Shown piece after piece: positions 38,530-47,926 of a stretch of DNA of 64,000 nt (the first letter of the stretch is position 1; every line of letters starts with the position of its first letter). Source of the stretch: Candidatus Anstonellales archaeon (lineage in GTDB: Archaea > Micrarchaeota > Micrarchaeia > Anstonellales > J096). The stretch lies in assembly GCA_038890745.1 (NCBI GenBank), contig JAWAFD010000003.1, positions 12,442 through 76,441 on the forward strand, given 5' to 3'. Made by a program: the position numbers and the translations under genes. The notes beneath the pieces are model-generated. The model was not told where the DNA came from, searched no databases, and saw nothing but the letters and a program-made list of their open reading frames with translations.

Positions 38530-40062
38530 ATGGATAAATTCGCACTTTTAAGCGTGTATGAAAAAACAGGAATAGCAGAGTTTGCCTCGTCGCTCGTAAA
38601 ACTAGGATACAAAATAATTTCTAGTGGTGGAACTGCTAAAGAATTGAAAAACAAAAAAATTCCAGTGGTGGATGTGAGCGACTTTACCGGCTTTCCAGAA
38701 CTTTTTGATGGGAGGGTAAAGACCCTCCACCCAAAAATCCATGGAGGGATTCTTTTTAGAAGGGAAATGAAAAAAGATAGAACAGAAGCGGAGATGCAGG
38801 GAATAAAAAATATAGAGGTTGTTGCCGTTAATCTTTACCCGTTTGAGAGTGGATTGAAAAAGGATGCGAGTCATGAGGAGATGGTGGAGCTCATAGATAT
38901 CGGTGGGCCTGCGTTGCTGAGGGCAGCGGCAAAAAACTACAAGGATGTTTTTGTCCTTTCCTCACCCTCTCAGTATGATGAGTTTATAAGAAGGTTGAAA
39001 GAAGGAACCGCGGATGAAAAATACCGGCTTATGCTTGCATGGGAGGCATGGAATGCTATAAGCCATTATGATGTTTTGATAGAAAAATATTTTTCAAAAA
39101 TTCTGGAAATGAAAACCTATCCAAGATACATGAACCTAACATTTGAAAAAAAACAAGACCTTCGGTATGGAGAAAATCCCCATCAGACCGCAGCTTTATA
39201 CATAGATAACGGCTATACAGATTCCTCCATCGTGTCTGCTGAGCAGTTGCAGGGAAAGCAGCTTTCTTACAACAACATCTTGGATGCTGATTCTGCCTTG
39301 AAGATTGTTAAGGAATTTGACGAGCCGACAGCGGTTATAATAAAACACAACAACCCGTGCGGGGTTGCAAGCTCTGAGGATATCGTTGAGGCATTCAAGG
39401 TTGCGAGGTCTGTTGACCCTGAAGCTGCTTTTGGAGGAGTGATAGGGATTAACAGAAAGGTTGATAGCAGGCTTGCTGAAGAGATTCTATCCAAGTTTGC
39501 AGAGGTTGTAGTTGCACCCGAGTATGGAGAGGATGCATTAAAACTATTCTCAAAAAAACAAAATCTGAGATTGCTGAAAGTTGGCACGCATAATGGCGCG
39601 CCGCATAAGACATACCGTTCGATTGATGGGGGGCTTCTTGTTCAGGATTCAGATGGGTTGCTTTTTGAAAGATTTGAAGTAGTTACAAAAAGAAAACCAA
39701 CAGAAGAGGAGAGAAAGGCTATGGTGTATGCATGGAAGATTGCGAAGCATGTAAAATCAAATGCAATAGTGTATGCAAAGGAAAACAGGGCTGTTGGGAT
39801 AGGAGCAGGGCAGATGAAAAGGATAGATGCGGCAAAACTTGGAGCGATGATCGCGAAGGATTTTGGTGAGAGTTTGGAGGGGTGCGCGATGGCAAGCGAT
39901 GGGTTCTTCCCTTTTCGGGATGGGATTGACTACGCCGCTTCGTTAGGGATAAGAGCGGTAATCCAGCCCGGTGGTTCTATAAAAGATAAGGAAGTAATCG
40001 CGGCCGCGGATGAGCATGGGATAACCATGGTTTTTACAGGAACAAGGCATTTCAGACATTAA
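38530..40062 (+). CDS. purH: Bifunctional AICAR transformylase/IMP cyclohydrolase PurH
   Basis: 510 aa. MGS-like N-domain ([15 protein letters not shown]...SSGGTAK...VDLVVVNLYPF-like) plus C-terminal AICARFT domain. Confidence 0.85.
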   Translation: MDKFALLSVYEKTGIAEFASSLVKLGYKIISSGGTAKELKNKKIPVVDVSDFTGFPELFDGRVKTLHPKIHGGILFRREMKKDRTEAEMQGIKNIEVVAVNLYPFESGLKKDASHEEMVELIDIGGPALLRAAAKNYKDVFVLSSPSQYDEFIRRLKEGTADEKYRLMLAWEAWNAISHYDVLIEKYFSKILEMKTYPRYMNLTFEKKQDLRYGENPHQTAALYIDNGYTDSSIVSAEQLQGKQLSYNNILDADSALKIVKEFDEPTAVIIKHNNPCGVASSEDIVEAFKVARSVDPEAAFGGVIGINRKVDSRLAEEILSKFAEVVVAPEYGEDALKLFSKKQNLRLLKVGTHNGAPHKTYRSIDGGLLVQDSDGLLFERFEVVTKRKPTEEERKAMVYAWKIAKHVKSNAIVYAKENRAVGIGAGQMKRIDAAKLGAMIAKDFGESLEGCAMASDGFFPFRDGIDYAASLGIRAVIQPGGSIKDKEVIAAADEHGITMVFTGTRHFRH

Positions 40063-41441
40063 TCTATTTTTATTCCATTTCTTCTTAAAATTTCTCTTGC
40101 AGCAATCAAACCTGTAACAGCCGCGCCATTTATTCCACCGCTCACCCCACCACCGTCTCCGGCGGTGAATAGGTTTTTTACTTTTGTTGTCTCAAGCTGT
40201 TTAGTGATATCCAATCTAACTGATTTGAATTTTACTTCCGGAGCATACAGAAGGGTCCCGTCCTCATTTACACCCGGAATTACACCGGCCAGCTTGTCCA
40301 GCCCTTCAACAATATCCTCAACAATTCGGGCAGGCATAGCCATGCTTATGTCGCCGGGTGTGACGTCCTTATTCGTAGGTTCAACATAGCTTTTTTCTAT
40401 TCTCTCCCATGTACTCCTTCTTCCTTTTTTCAAATCCCCAAGCCTCTGCACAATCGCCTTTCCCCCTCCTATTGTTGTGGCTAGCTTGCATATGCTTTCT
40501 CCATATAAGGTTGTGTTTTCTACAGGGTGTGTCAGGTACACCCTTACCAAAAATGCAAAGTTTGTGTTGTTGCTCTTTTTGTTTTTCATGCTATGGCCAT
40601 TTACAGAAACAAACTTTCCGTAGTTTTCCGTGATTACATACCCATAGGGATTCGTGCAAAATGTTCTCACAAAATCATCATATTTTTTTGTTCTTATATG
40701 GAATTTCGGGTCCCAGTTTATTTTTGTAACATCCTCCATAACTTCGTTAAGAACCTCAACCCTCACCCCAATATCAAGCGGGCCATACCTAAACGGAATC
40801 CCCAATTTTTTTGCGAGCTCAAGAAGCCAAGATGAGCCTGCCCTTCCAGGTGCAAGGATTACGTACTCCCCCCCTATCCTTACTTTCTTTCCATCCTTCT
40901 TTTTTGCAACAATTCCGCAGGCCTTTCCGTTCTTTAGCATTATATCTGTTGCCTCTGTTTCCATCAAAAACTTTCCTCCAAATTTTTCTATTTTTCTCTT
41001 AATCCTTTCAACAACCTTCGGGAGTTCATCGCTTCCAACATGCTTCTGTTTTATGGGTATGTATTTTACCCCTGCTTTAAGAGCTCTTTTGTAAAGCTCT
41101 TCTGATTTTGGATGGACCTTTGCCTTTCCATCCACCCCCGCTTCTGTAAAAATTTCATCTACGTAGTTGATGTATTCCTCAGCGACGCTCTGCGGTAGGA
41201 ATTCGAGCATGTTTCCTCCAATTTCCGGATGCAGATTTATTTTTCCATCAGAGAAGGTTCCGCTTCCACCCATCCCTCTTATGTAATGATAACCGGCAGT
41301 TTTTGGGTCTTTTATCATTTTTTTCCTTTCCTCAATATCCAGGCCCATCTCTACAACAGTTACATCCATTTTGTATTTTGTAAGCTCATATGCGGCGAAC
41401 ATCCCAGCAGGTCCAGCCCCAACAACAATAACTTTCACCAT
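40059..41441 (-). CDS. FAD-dependent oxidoreductase (COG2509-like uncharacterised FAD dehydrogenase)
   Basis: 460 aa. N-terminal dinucleotide-binding VIVVGAGPAGMFAA. C-terminal FTAGDGGGVSGGINGAAVTG. Confidence 0.55.
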   Translation of the reverse strand: MVKVIVVGAGPAGMFAAYELTKYKMDVTVVEMGLDIEERKKMIKDPKTAGYHYIRGMGGSGTFSDGKINLHPEIGGNMLEFLPQSVAEEYINYVDEIFTEAGVDGKAKVHPKSEELYKRALKAGVKYIPIKQKHVGSDELPKVVERIKRKIEKFGGKFLMETEATDIMLKNGKACGIVAKKKDGKKVRIGGEYVILAPGRAGSSWLLELAKKLGIPFRYGPLDIGVRVEVLNEVMEDVTKINWDPKFHIRTKKYDDFVRTFCTNPYGYVITENYGKFVSVNGHSMKNKKSNNTNFAFLVRVYLTHPVENTTLYGESICKLATTIGGGKAIVQRLGDLKKGRRSTWERIEKSYVEPTNKDVTPGDISMAMPARIVEDIVEGLDKLAGVIPGVNEDGTLLYAPEVKFKSVRLDITKQLETTKVKNLFTAGDGGGVSGGINGAAVTGLIAAREILRRNGIKID

Positions 41442-41442
41442 C

Positions 41443-41817
41443 CTATCCTTCCTCTTCTTTTTTTGCGAGGATGTTTATCCACACCCCGAGTATTGTTGCG
41501 GATATAAAAAATAAAAATTTCATCCAATCACCCAAAATATAATAAAGGGCATACCCACCAAATGCAATGAAGATGGGAAGAACCTGCGCAATCCCATAAT
41601 GCTTCTTCAACCATGCGACCTGAAGCCCAAGAGGAAGAAGGAGAAAAACAAAAAAGAAGCTCCAGAACATCAGCTCCGCGCTTCCCTCATCAATAGAATA
41701 GTTTCCTCTTATTCCGAATACTGCGAGCGCTATGACAAAAAGTAGTGAAAAGACTGGAAAATACAGAAAAATATTTTCTTCATCATTCTTTTTCGCGCCG
41801 GCTATTCTCTTAGCCAT
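41443..41817 (-). CDS. Small hypothetical membrane protein
   Basis: ~125 aa from the internal Met (MAKRIAGAKK...). 3-4 TM helices. Confidence 0.35.
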   Translation of the reverse strand: MAKRIAGAKKNDEENIFLYFPVFSLLFVIALAVFGIRGNYSIDEGSAELMFWSFFFVFLLLPLGLQVAWLKKHYGIAQVLPIFIAFGGYALYYILGDWMKFLFFISATILGVWINILAKKEEEG

Positions 41818-42407
41818 CCAACCATCCCCATGAAAACTAAAAGCGCAAAAATCCCTGCAGGAGCGCATGCTTTTTCTTCAGGTTTCTGCTCCTCTTGCTT
41901 TACAATCTTAACCGGAGGCTCTCTTTCCGCTGGTTTTGTTTCGGTCACGTTTTCTTTTTTCTCTTCACTATCGCTCTCGCTCTCTTCAACTGTTGGTGGA
42001 ACGAAAGTTTCAACTTCGTGCATTATGTAAAATCCCTCCTCCCCCTGCTTGCATTCATCCACATTAAAGCTTATGAGCATTTTTCTGTATGTCGGCTTGT
42101 CTATCCTTATCTGAAAAAGTTTTGTCATGAATTGATAGTTTCCGGTGAACCAGAGATGCGCCTTTCCTTCGCTATCAGTTACGGCATTATTCAGCACACC
42201 GTACTCATACATCAAAAAAACCGTAGCGTTGTCTATGGGCTTTTCATCATACAAAAAAACATCAACGGTTCTGTTTGCGCATGTTAAATAAATCGTTCCG
42301 GTAAAAGAGTAGATTTCGCTTTTATTCTCAAGTTCAAATTCTTCTATTGCTACTGTTTTTGGGAATGTGAGAGAAAGCAAAAAGATGATAAAAAGCAATC
42401 TTCTCAT
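41802..42407 (-). CDS. Secreted protein with transthyretin/carboxypeptidase-regulatory-like beta domain and C-terminal membrane anchor
   Basis: 201 aa. Signal peptide. Glu-rich linker. C-terminal PAGIFALLVFMGMVGWLRE hydrophobic anchor, a possible sorting signal. Confidence 0.4.
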   Translation of the reverse strand: MRRLLFIIFLLSLTFPKTVAIEEFELENKSEIYSFTGTIYLTCANRTVDVFLYDEKPIDNATVFLMYEYGVLNNAVTDSEGKAHLWFTGNYQFMTKLFQIRIDKPTYRKMLISFNVDECKQGEEGFYIMHEVETFVPPTVEESESDSEEKKENVTETKPAEREPPVKIVKQEEQKPEEKACAPAGIFALLVFMGMVGWLRE

Positions 42408-42425
42408 GCTTGGATTTCATCAGTT

Positions 42426-42499
42426 AGGTTTAAAAAAATGCCGAAAGCCCCAGAAGGGATTTGAACCCTTGACCTGCCGATTACAAGTCGGCCGCTCTA
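42426..42499 (-). tRNA. tRNA-Thr (anticodon TGT)
   Basis: Reverse complement folds as a canonical cloverleaf: acceptor GCCCCAG/CTGGGGC, D-arm GCTC..GAGC, anticodon stem GCCGA/TCGGC with loop CTTGTAA, T-arm AAGGG TTCAAAT CCCTT. Confidence 0.85.
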
Positions 42500-42530
42500 C
42501 CAGTCTGAGCTACTGGGGCGATTGGATGAT

Positions 42531-43280
42531 CTATCCGTAGTATTCTACTCTCTTTTCTTCCATCTCTATATATTTTTTTATTTCTTTCTTCAGCTCATTT
42601 TTTTCCTTTTCACTCATCTTCAATCTGTCTAGCTTTTCTGCCCAAGTAGAGAGGGCATCAATCATTATTGGCACAACCTTCTCCTTTCCATAAAAAAACG
42701 GTGCGAGGGAGAGCAAAACCCTCAGTGCATATGTGTTGTTGCTTTCGCCTAAAACGCTGATGGCTTTCTCAGAAAGTACCTGCGTTTCAAAGCTGTTTAC
42801 GAGCATATATCTGGAGAGATGATAGCTCACAAGTTTTATAGAAAAAACATCATCAAACTTCCCCAATATATCAAAAGTTTCAAATATACCCTCCAAGCTT
42901 CCGGCGTAATCAAAGACCCTTCTGAAAATTCCTTGCCTCACCTTGTTTGCGTCTTCCTCTTTGTACCTCATTTTCATTCCCTCAAAATTGTGGAAATCGC
43001 GGTACTCCTTTGCAGAGCAAAGCTTTTCATGTAGTATAAAAAGTATTGTATTTTTTATCACCTGATCCTCTTTTTTGTACATCTTTATGAGGGCTTTTTT
43101 TGCCTCCTCCTTTTTCTCATAATCAGTGAATACAGGGTAGTTGTATATTGTCATAATAAGATTATCAATCTGCTTTACCTTCTCCATGGTTTTTGGGTCC
43201 GGAGCAGGTGATGGTGCGCGCTGCGGCTGAACCTGCTGGCTGTTTTCCTTTTCTATTTTTTCTCTCTTTTCTTTGCTCAT
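42531..43280 (-). CDS. Hypothetical alpha-helical protein
   Basis: 249 aa, Lys/Glu-rich, no recognisable motif. Confidence 0.35.
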   Translation of the reverse strand: MSKEKREKIEKENSQQVQPQRAPSPAPDPKTMEKVKQIDNLIMTIYNYPVFTDYEKKEEAKKALIKMYKKEDQVIKNTILFILHEKLCSAKEYRDFHNFEGMKMRYKEEDANKVRQGIFRRVFDYAGSLEGIFETFDILGKFDDVFSIKLVSYHLSRYMLVNSFETQVLSEKAISVLGESNNTYALRVLLSLAPFFYGKEKVVPIMIDALSTWAEKLDRLKMSEKEKNELKKEIKKYIEMEEKRVEYYG

Positions 43281-43343
43281 CCAATCCCCCTTATTTCTGC
43301 TAGGCTCTAACTTTTAAAAACACAAATTATTAAAAATCTGCTC

Positions 43344-43922
43344 ATGCACCCCATCGTTTTTGTTACTGGAAATAAGGGCAAATTCCAGGAAGCGAAAAGG
43401 TTTTTCTCGGCCGAGGGAATGAAGATAGTAAACAAAAAACTCGACATAGAAGAGAAGAGGGGAACGCTAGAGGAGATTGCTAGGGATGCTGCGGAACAGG
43501 CATACAGAAAACTGAAAACACCTCTTTTCGTCGAGGATTCGGGTCTTTTTATACATGCTCTCAATGGATTTCCTGGGGAGTTTTCTGCGTGGGCTTTTAA
43601 AAAAATCGGGAATGAGGGAATACTCAAACTCATGAAATCAGAGAAAAACCGGCAGGCGTATTTTAAATCTGCTGTTGCATACGCAGATGAGCGCGGGGTA
43701 AAGGTTTTTACTGGCGTTTGTGAAGGAAAGATAGCCGCCGATGTGCGGGGCAAAGGAGGGTTTGGGTATGACCCGATTTTTATCCCAAAGGGAAAAGGAT
43801 TCACGTTTGCAGAGAGAGAAGATTTAAAAAGTGTACTCTCCCATAGATACAATTCTATTACAAAACTTTTAAAGTTTTTAAAAAACAAACAAAAAAATAG
43901 AAAAAATCAGAGGCATGGTTGA
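43344..43922 (+). CDS. Non-canonical purine NTP pyrophosphatase (Ham1/RdgB/ITPase family)
   Basis: 192 aa. VFVTGNKGKFQEA, FVEDSGLFIHALNGFPGEFSA, GGFGYDPIF motifs. Confidence 0.85.
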   Translation: MHPIVFVTGNKGKFQEAKRFFSAEGMKIVNKKLDIEEKRGTLEEIARDAAEQAYRKLKTPLFVEDSGLFIHALNGFPGEFSAWAFKKIGNEGILKLMKSEKNRQAYFKSAVAYADERGVKVFTGVCEGKIAADVRGKGGFGYDPIFIPKGKGFTFAEREDLKSVLSHRYNSITKLLKFLKNKQKNRKNQRHG

Positions 43923-44376
43923 TAAAATGGCAAGGATGCATTCAAAGAAAAAGGGAAAGAGCGGAACAAAAAGGCCTAAGAGGAAGGAAAATGCCCCGTG
44001 GGTTGATAGCGCAGAGGTTAAGAAAATAGTGCAGAAGCTTGCGAAGCAGGGTGTTCCTCCTTCAAAAATAGGCCTTCAGCTCAGGGATCAGTATGGCGTT
44101 CCTTCTTTCAGGGCGGCTACGGGTGAGAGGCTCGTAACCTATCTTGAGCGTGAGGGGTTGTATAAGAAATTTCCAGAAGACCTTCTTCAGTTATTCAGGA
44201 AGGCCGTAAGGATGAGGGAGCATCTTAAGAAGAACAAAAAAGATGTTCACAACAGTGTAAAACTTTCTCATATCGAATCAAAGATAATGCGTCTTGTCAG
44301 GTACTACAAAAAAGTTGGTAAAATCCCGGCTGACTGGAGGTATGATCCAGAACAGGCAGCCCTTCTCATAAGGTGA
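43915..44376 (+). CDS. rps15: 30S ribosomal protein S15 (eS13 family)
   Basis: 153 aa. MARMHSKKKGKSGTKRP N-terminus and S15 helical C-terminal domain. Confidence 0.85.
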   Translation: MVDKMARMHSKKKGKSGTKRPKRKENAPWVDSAEVKKIVQKLAKQGVPPSKIGLQLRDQYGVPSFRAATGERLVTYLEREGLYKKFPEDLLQLFRKAVRMREHLKKNKKDVHNSVKLSHIESKIMRLVRYYKKVGKIPADWRYDPEQAALLIR

Positions 44377-44380
44377 AACC

Positions 44381-44995
44381 ATGGCTGAAAAAACGCAAGC
44401 AAAATCAGGAAAAAAAGTTGTTGATAAATGGAAAACAAAGCAATGGTACAATGTTGTCGCGCCCGAGGTTTTTGAGGGAAGGGTTGTTGCAGAAGTGATC
44501 TCTTCAGAGCCGGAGCATCTTGTCAACAGAATCGTTCCTGTAAACCTTATGGATATTACTGGCAAGATGTCCCAACAGAACATTTATACAACACTAAAAT
44601 TTAGAATAACAGAAGTTAAGGGAAACAACGCATACACAAAAATAATCGGTCATGAACTCGCCCCAAGCTATCTTAGAACGCTTGCGAGAAAGAACAGGAG
44701 CATCATCCACCATGTTATACCCGTTGAGACAAAGGACGGGAAAAAAGTTAAGGTAAAAATTGTTGCCGTGACATTTAGCAAAGTCAGCGCAAACACAAAA
44801 AAGAACCTTAGGAACGCTCTTGTAAAAGCAGTTTTAGAGAACGGCAAGTCAATGAGTTATGACGAACTCATGAAGGAAATAGTTTATGGAAATTTTGCGA
44901 ATAAGCTTTTCTCCATTGCTAACGCGATAAATGCGATGAGAAGGGTTGAGGTAAGGAAGACAGAGCTAGAAGAAACATTCCAAACAGTAGGCTGA
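44381..44995 (+). CDS. rps3ae: 30S ribosomal protein S3Ae (eS1)
   Basis: 204 aa. KKVVDKWKTKQWYNVVAPEVF N-terminus typical of S3Ae. Confidence 0.85.
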   Translation: MAEKTQAKSGKKVVDKWKTKQWYNVVAPEVFEGRVVAEVISSEPEHLVNRIVPVNLMDITGKMSQQNIYTTLKFRITEVKGNNAYTKIIGHELAPSYLRTLARKNRSIIHHVIPVETKDGKKVKVKIVAVTFSKVSANTKKNLRNALVKAVLENGKSMSYDELMKEIVYGNFANKLFSIANAINAMRRVEVRKTELEETFQTVG

Positions 44996-44999
44996 TGGC

Positions 45000-45326
45000 A
45001 TGATGCCGAACATGGACCCAAAGCAGATGGCAAAACTGATGAAGCAGATGGGAATAAACACAAGCCAGATAGATGCTAAAGAGGTTATAATAGAAACAGA
45101 TGAGAAAAGAATAGTAATAGAAAATCCTCAGGTTATAGAAATCTCCATGCAGGGTCAGAAGAGTTATCAGATTTCTGGAAAAGTAAAAGAAGAAGAAAAA
45201 CTTTTTTCAGAAGAAGATATAAATCTCGTTATCGAGCAGGCAAACTGCACCCGCGAGGAAGCAGTAAAAGCGCTCAAGGAAACAAAAGGAGATATTGCTG
45301 AGGCTATAATGAAATTTCAAAAATAA
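45000..45326 (+). CDS. nac: Nascent polypeptide-associated complex protein (archaeal NAC alpha) with C-terminal UBA domain
   Basis: 108 aa. MMPNMDPKQMAKLMKQMGI N-terminus. NAC domain. C-terminal UBA-like EEDINLVIEQANCTREEAVKALKETKGDIAEAI. Confidence 0.8.
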   Translation: MMPNMDPKQMAKLMKQMGINTSQIDAKEVIIETDEKRIVIENPQVIEISMQGQKSYQISGKVKEEEKLFSEEDINLVIEQANCTREEAVKALKETKGDIAEAIMKFQK

Positions 45327-45344
45327 AAATTATAGAATAGTTTA

Positions 45345-45850
45345 AGTACCCCCTGGTCTAATTTTTGCTTAGATAAGATAGGGGGGGTAGAAGCGTGAGG
45401 GGGGAATAAGAATGTGCTTAAGTCCCCCCTTGGCTGGTGGAAGAGGCAGGTGATGCGGCGAAACAAGTGCGACCCAGAAGTTTAGGTGGGTTGGGTCGCA
45501 CCGAAGCCCTTCGGGTTGTTTCACCGCATCAGTGATGCGGCGAAACAAGTGCGACCCAGAAGTTTAGGTGGGTTGGGTCGCACCGAAGCCCTTCGGGTTG
45601 TTTCACCACATCAGGGGGTCTGAGAAAAAGTTAAAGTACCCCCTGGTCTAACTTTTGCTTAGATAAGATAGGGGGGGTAGAAGCGTGAGGGGGGAATAAG
45701 AATATGCTTAAGTCCCCCCTTGGCTGGTGGAAGAGGCAGGGGGTCTGAGAAAAAGTTAAAGTACCCCCTAGTCTAACTTTTGCTTAGATAAGATAGGGGG
45801 TGGAAGAGGCAGGGGGTCTGAGAAAAAGTTAAAGTACCCCCTGGTCTCAT
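45345..45850. repeat. Complex interspersed/tandem repeat block of three G/C-rich structured units (A ~105 nt x2 plus a truncated copy; B 82 nt x2 tandem; C ~36 nt x3)
   Basis: Unit A at 45345-45450 and 45635-45740 (2 mismatches). Unit B at 45451-45532 and 45533-45614 (1 mismatch). Unit C (ggggtctgagaaaaagttaaagtaccccctggtcta) at 45615-45650, 45741-45775, 45811-45846. Internally deleted copy of A at 45766-45810. Confidence 0.85.
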
Positions 45851-45861
45851 AAAAGCTCGTA

Positions 45862-45953
45862 TGGGCCTGCTGGGATTTGAACCCAGGACCTTTCGATTTC
45901 TGTTTTATACCCAATATCAGTCGAACGCTCTGACCAGGCTGAGCTACAGGCCC
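45862..45953 (-). tRNA. tRNA-Ile (anticodon GAT) with a 17-nt canonical-position intron
   Basis: Reverse complement: GGGCCTG TA GCTC AGCCTGGTCA GAGC G TTCGA CTGATA [TTGGGTATAAAACAGAA] A TCGAA AGGTC CTGGG TTCAAAT CCCAG CAGGCCC A. Intron between positions 37/38. Confidence 0.8.
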
Positions 45954-46106
45954 TTTAATAGCTTTCTTTATTCCCTGCAAAATATTTTAAAATCCTCTAC
46001 CTTACCATGATGTAAGCGAGAATAAGTACAATGCCAACAAGCCCAATGTAAAAAACAACCTCTTCTGGCATGATTTGATTTTTAAACACTTGTTTTTATT
46101 AACCTT

Positions 46107-47195
46107 TTGATGAAGCTCGCGATTATAGGGGACACGCATTTTGGGTATTACAGGTTTGAAGAGGACGGATACAGGCAGGGAGAAGAGGCTCTTCTTAAAG
46201 CAAGCGAAATGGCAGACATCATAATCCATACAGGGGATATGTTTGATGCGCGGGTTCCAAGGTTGGAGGTGATAAACCGCGCAATAGCTATACTGAAAAA
46301 AGTAAAAAAACCAGTATTCGTAATCCACGGAAACCATGAGAGAAGAACGAAGGGGCAGACAAATGTTCTTGAACTCTTTGATTCTATGGGTCTGCTGAAG
46401 TATGTTCACAACGATGTTTTTTCATTAGGGAATGTATCCATCTTGGGAATAGGAAGCGTCCCTGAGGATATGGCGGTGCATGCGATACAGAAATCAATTT
46501 CTATGAATATTGGGAAGATGGGCGGTTTCAGAATACTTGTAATCCATCAATCCATTTCGGACCTTGGATATGGCGGATATGATCTGGATTTGGATTTTTT
46601 AGAAAAATTGCCCTTTGACCTTATAGTGAATGGCCATCTACATAAGGCAGGGGTTTTTTTGGGTGGAAAACTTATCATTCCGGGAAGCACGGTTGTTACT
46701 CAGTTAAGGGAGGATGAGTCGGATAAAAGAGGATTCTATATCTATGATACCGAAACAAAAAATTCAGATTTCGTAGAGATATCAGCAAGGCCGTTTTTTA
46801 TTGAAAATATTGAATTCAACGGTGAAGGGATAGAGGAAGCAAGAAAAAGAATAATAGAAGTATTCGAAAAAATAAAAAAACAAAACCATGATGCAATAGT
46901 CAAGGTAAAACTTACAGGGAGGTTGAAGGAAGGGCTTCGTTCATCAGATTTTTCTTTTGATTCAATGGGCGACTTGTTTATTCAAAACAACATGGAGGAA
47001 AAGAGTTTCGGAGAGAGAATAAGGGAGATACAGGATCTCAGGCAGGAGAAAATGAGCGTGAGGGAGAGGATCATGAGCGAAATAGCAAAACAACTTGAGG
47101 GAAAAATCTCATTTTCCCCATCTGAGATGTTTGAGCTTCTTTCCGAGGATCCGGAAAGAGCTTACGAGAAGATAATAAAAGAAGCAAGAGGGTGA
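46107..47195 (+). CDS. mre11: Mre11/SbcD-family DNA repair metallophosphoesterase nuclease
   Basis: 362 aa. Phosphoesterase motifs GDTHFG, HTGDMFD, GNHE, GHLH. No rad50 adjacent in this window. Confidence 0.65.
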   Translation: MMKLAIIGDTHFGYYRFEEDGYRQGEEALLKASEMADIIIHTGDMFDARVPRLEVINRAIAILKKVKKPVFVIHGNHERRTKGQTNVLELFDSMGLLKYVHNDVFSLGNVSILGIGSVPEDMAVHAIQKSISMNIGKMGGFRILVIHQSISDLGYGGYDLDLDFLEKLPFDLIVNGHLHKAGVFLGGKLIIPGSTVVTQLREDESDKRGFYIYDTETKNSDFVEISARPFFIENIEFNGEGIEEARKRIIEVFEKIKKQNHDAIVKVKLTGRLKEGLRSSDFSFDSMGDLFIQNNMEEKSFGERIREIQDLRQEKMSVRERIMSEIAKQLEGKISFSPSEMFELLSEDPERAYEKIIKEARG

Positions 47196-47199
47196 GAGA

Positions 47200-47916
47200 A
47201 TGATTGGTGTAATCGGTGGGTCTGGGTTTTATGAATTGGCAAAAAATATCGTGAGGAAAAAAGTACCAACGCCGTACGGAAGTGTTTTTGCGCACATAGC
47301 TAAAATAGGTGGAAAAGAGGTTGCATTCATCCCAAGGCATGGAGAGAAGCATGAGATCCCACCGCACAAAGTAAACTACAGGGCAAATGTTTGGGCTCTT
47401 GAATCTTTAGGGGTAAGCTGTGCGTTTACAACATATGCAAGCGGGGTGATATCGAAATACAAACCAGGCGATCTAATTATTTTAGACGATATAATAAGTT
47501 TTTTTACGCATGAAACTTTTTTTGATAGTTTTGAGGACAACATACATCACACAGATGTGAGCGAACCTTTTAATAAAAAACTTCAAGGATATGTACTGGA
47601 AGGGGCTGCAATCCATGGTATCAAGCTGAAAAAAGGCGGTATAATAGCAACAACCATGGGTCCGAGGTATGAAACCCCCGCTGAGATAAGAGCGCTGAGA
47701 AGACTTGGCGCAAACCTAGTTTGTATGACAGCAGGCCATGAGGTCCCGCTGTTTGCCGAAGCAGAAATCCCATTGGTAAGCATAGCTGTTGGGACAAACC
47801 TTGCCGCCGGTCTTTCCGGCAAAAAACTTAGTCATCAAGAGGTTGTTGATATGATGATAAAGAAAACCAATGAAATAAAACTAATATTAAAAGAGTTTGT
47901 GAATTTTGTTGATTAG
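47200..47916 (+). CDS. mtnP: 5'-methylthioadenosine/purine nucleoside phosphorylase (PNP family 2, MTAP-like)
   Basis: 238 aa. IGVIGGSG N-terminus, FIPRHG, GPRYETPAEIRALRRLGANLVCMT motif typical of MTAP. Confidence 0.75.
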   Translation: MIGVIGGSGFYELAKNIVRKKVPTPYGSVFAHIAKIGGKEVAFIPRHGEKHEIPPHKVNYRANVWALESLGVSCAFTTYASGVISKYKPGDLIILDDIISFFTHETFFDSFEDNIHHTDVSEPFNKKLQGYVLEGAAIHGIKLKKGGIIATTMGPRYETPAEIRALRRLGANLVCMTAGHEVPLFAEAEIPLVSIAVGTNLAAGLSGKKLSHQEVVDMMIKKTNEIKLILKEFVNFVD

Positions 47917-47926
47917 AATGAAAAGT

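Noticed and set aside
42420-42530. Considered an integrated element at tRNA-Thr
   Set aside because: No direct repeat of the tRNA 3' end and no integrase nearby. Flanking genes are ordinary housekeeping or hypothetical.
43307-43888. 193-aa minus ORF antisense to the ITPase gene
   Set aside because: The plus-strand ITPase has canonical Ham1 motifs. The antisense ORF is low complexity.
46002-46409. 135-aa minus-strand ORF overlapping the mre11 start
   Set aside because: Antisense overlap with a well-supported metallophosphoesterase gene. No motifs. The 3' end only could encode a short hydrophobic peptide, but this is unsupported.
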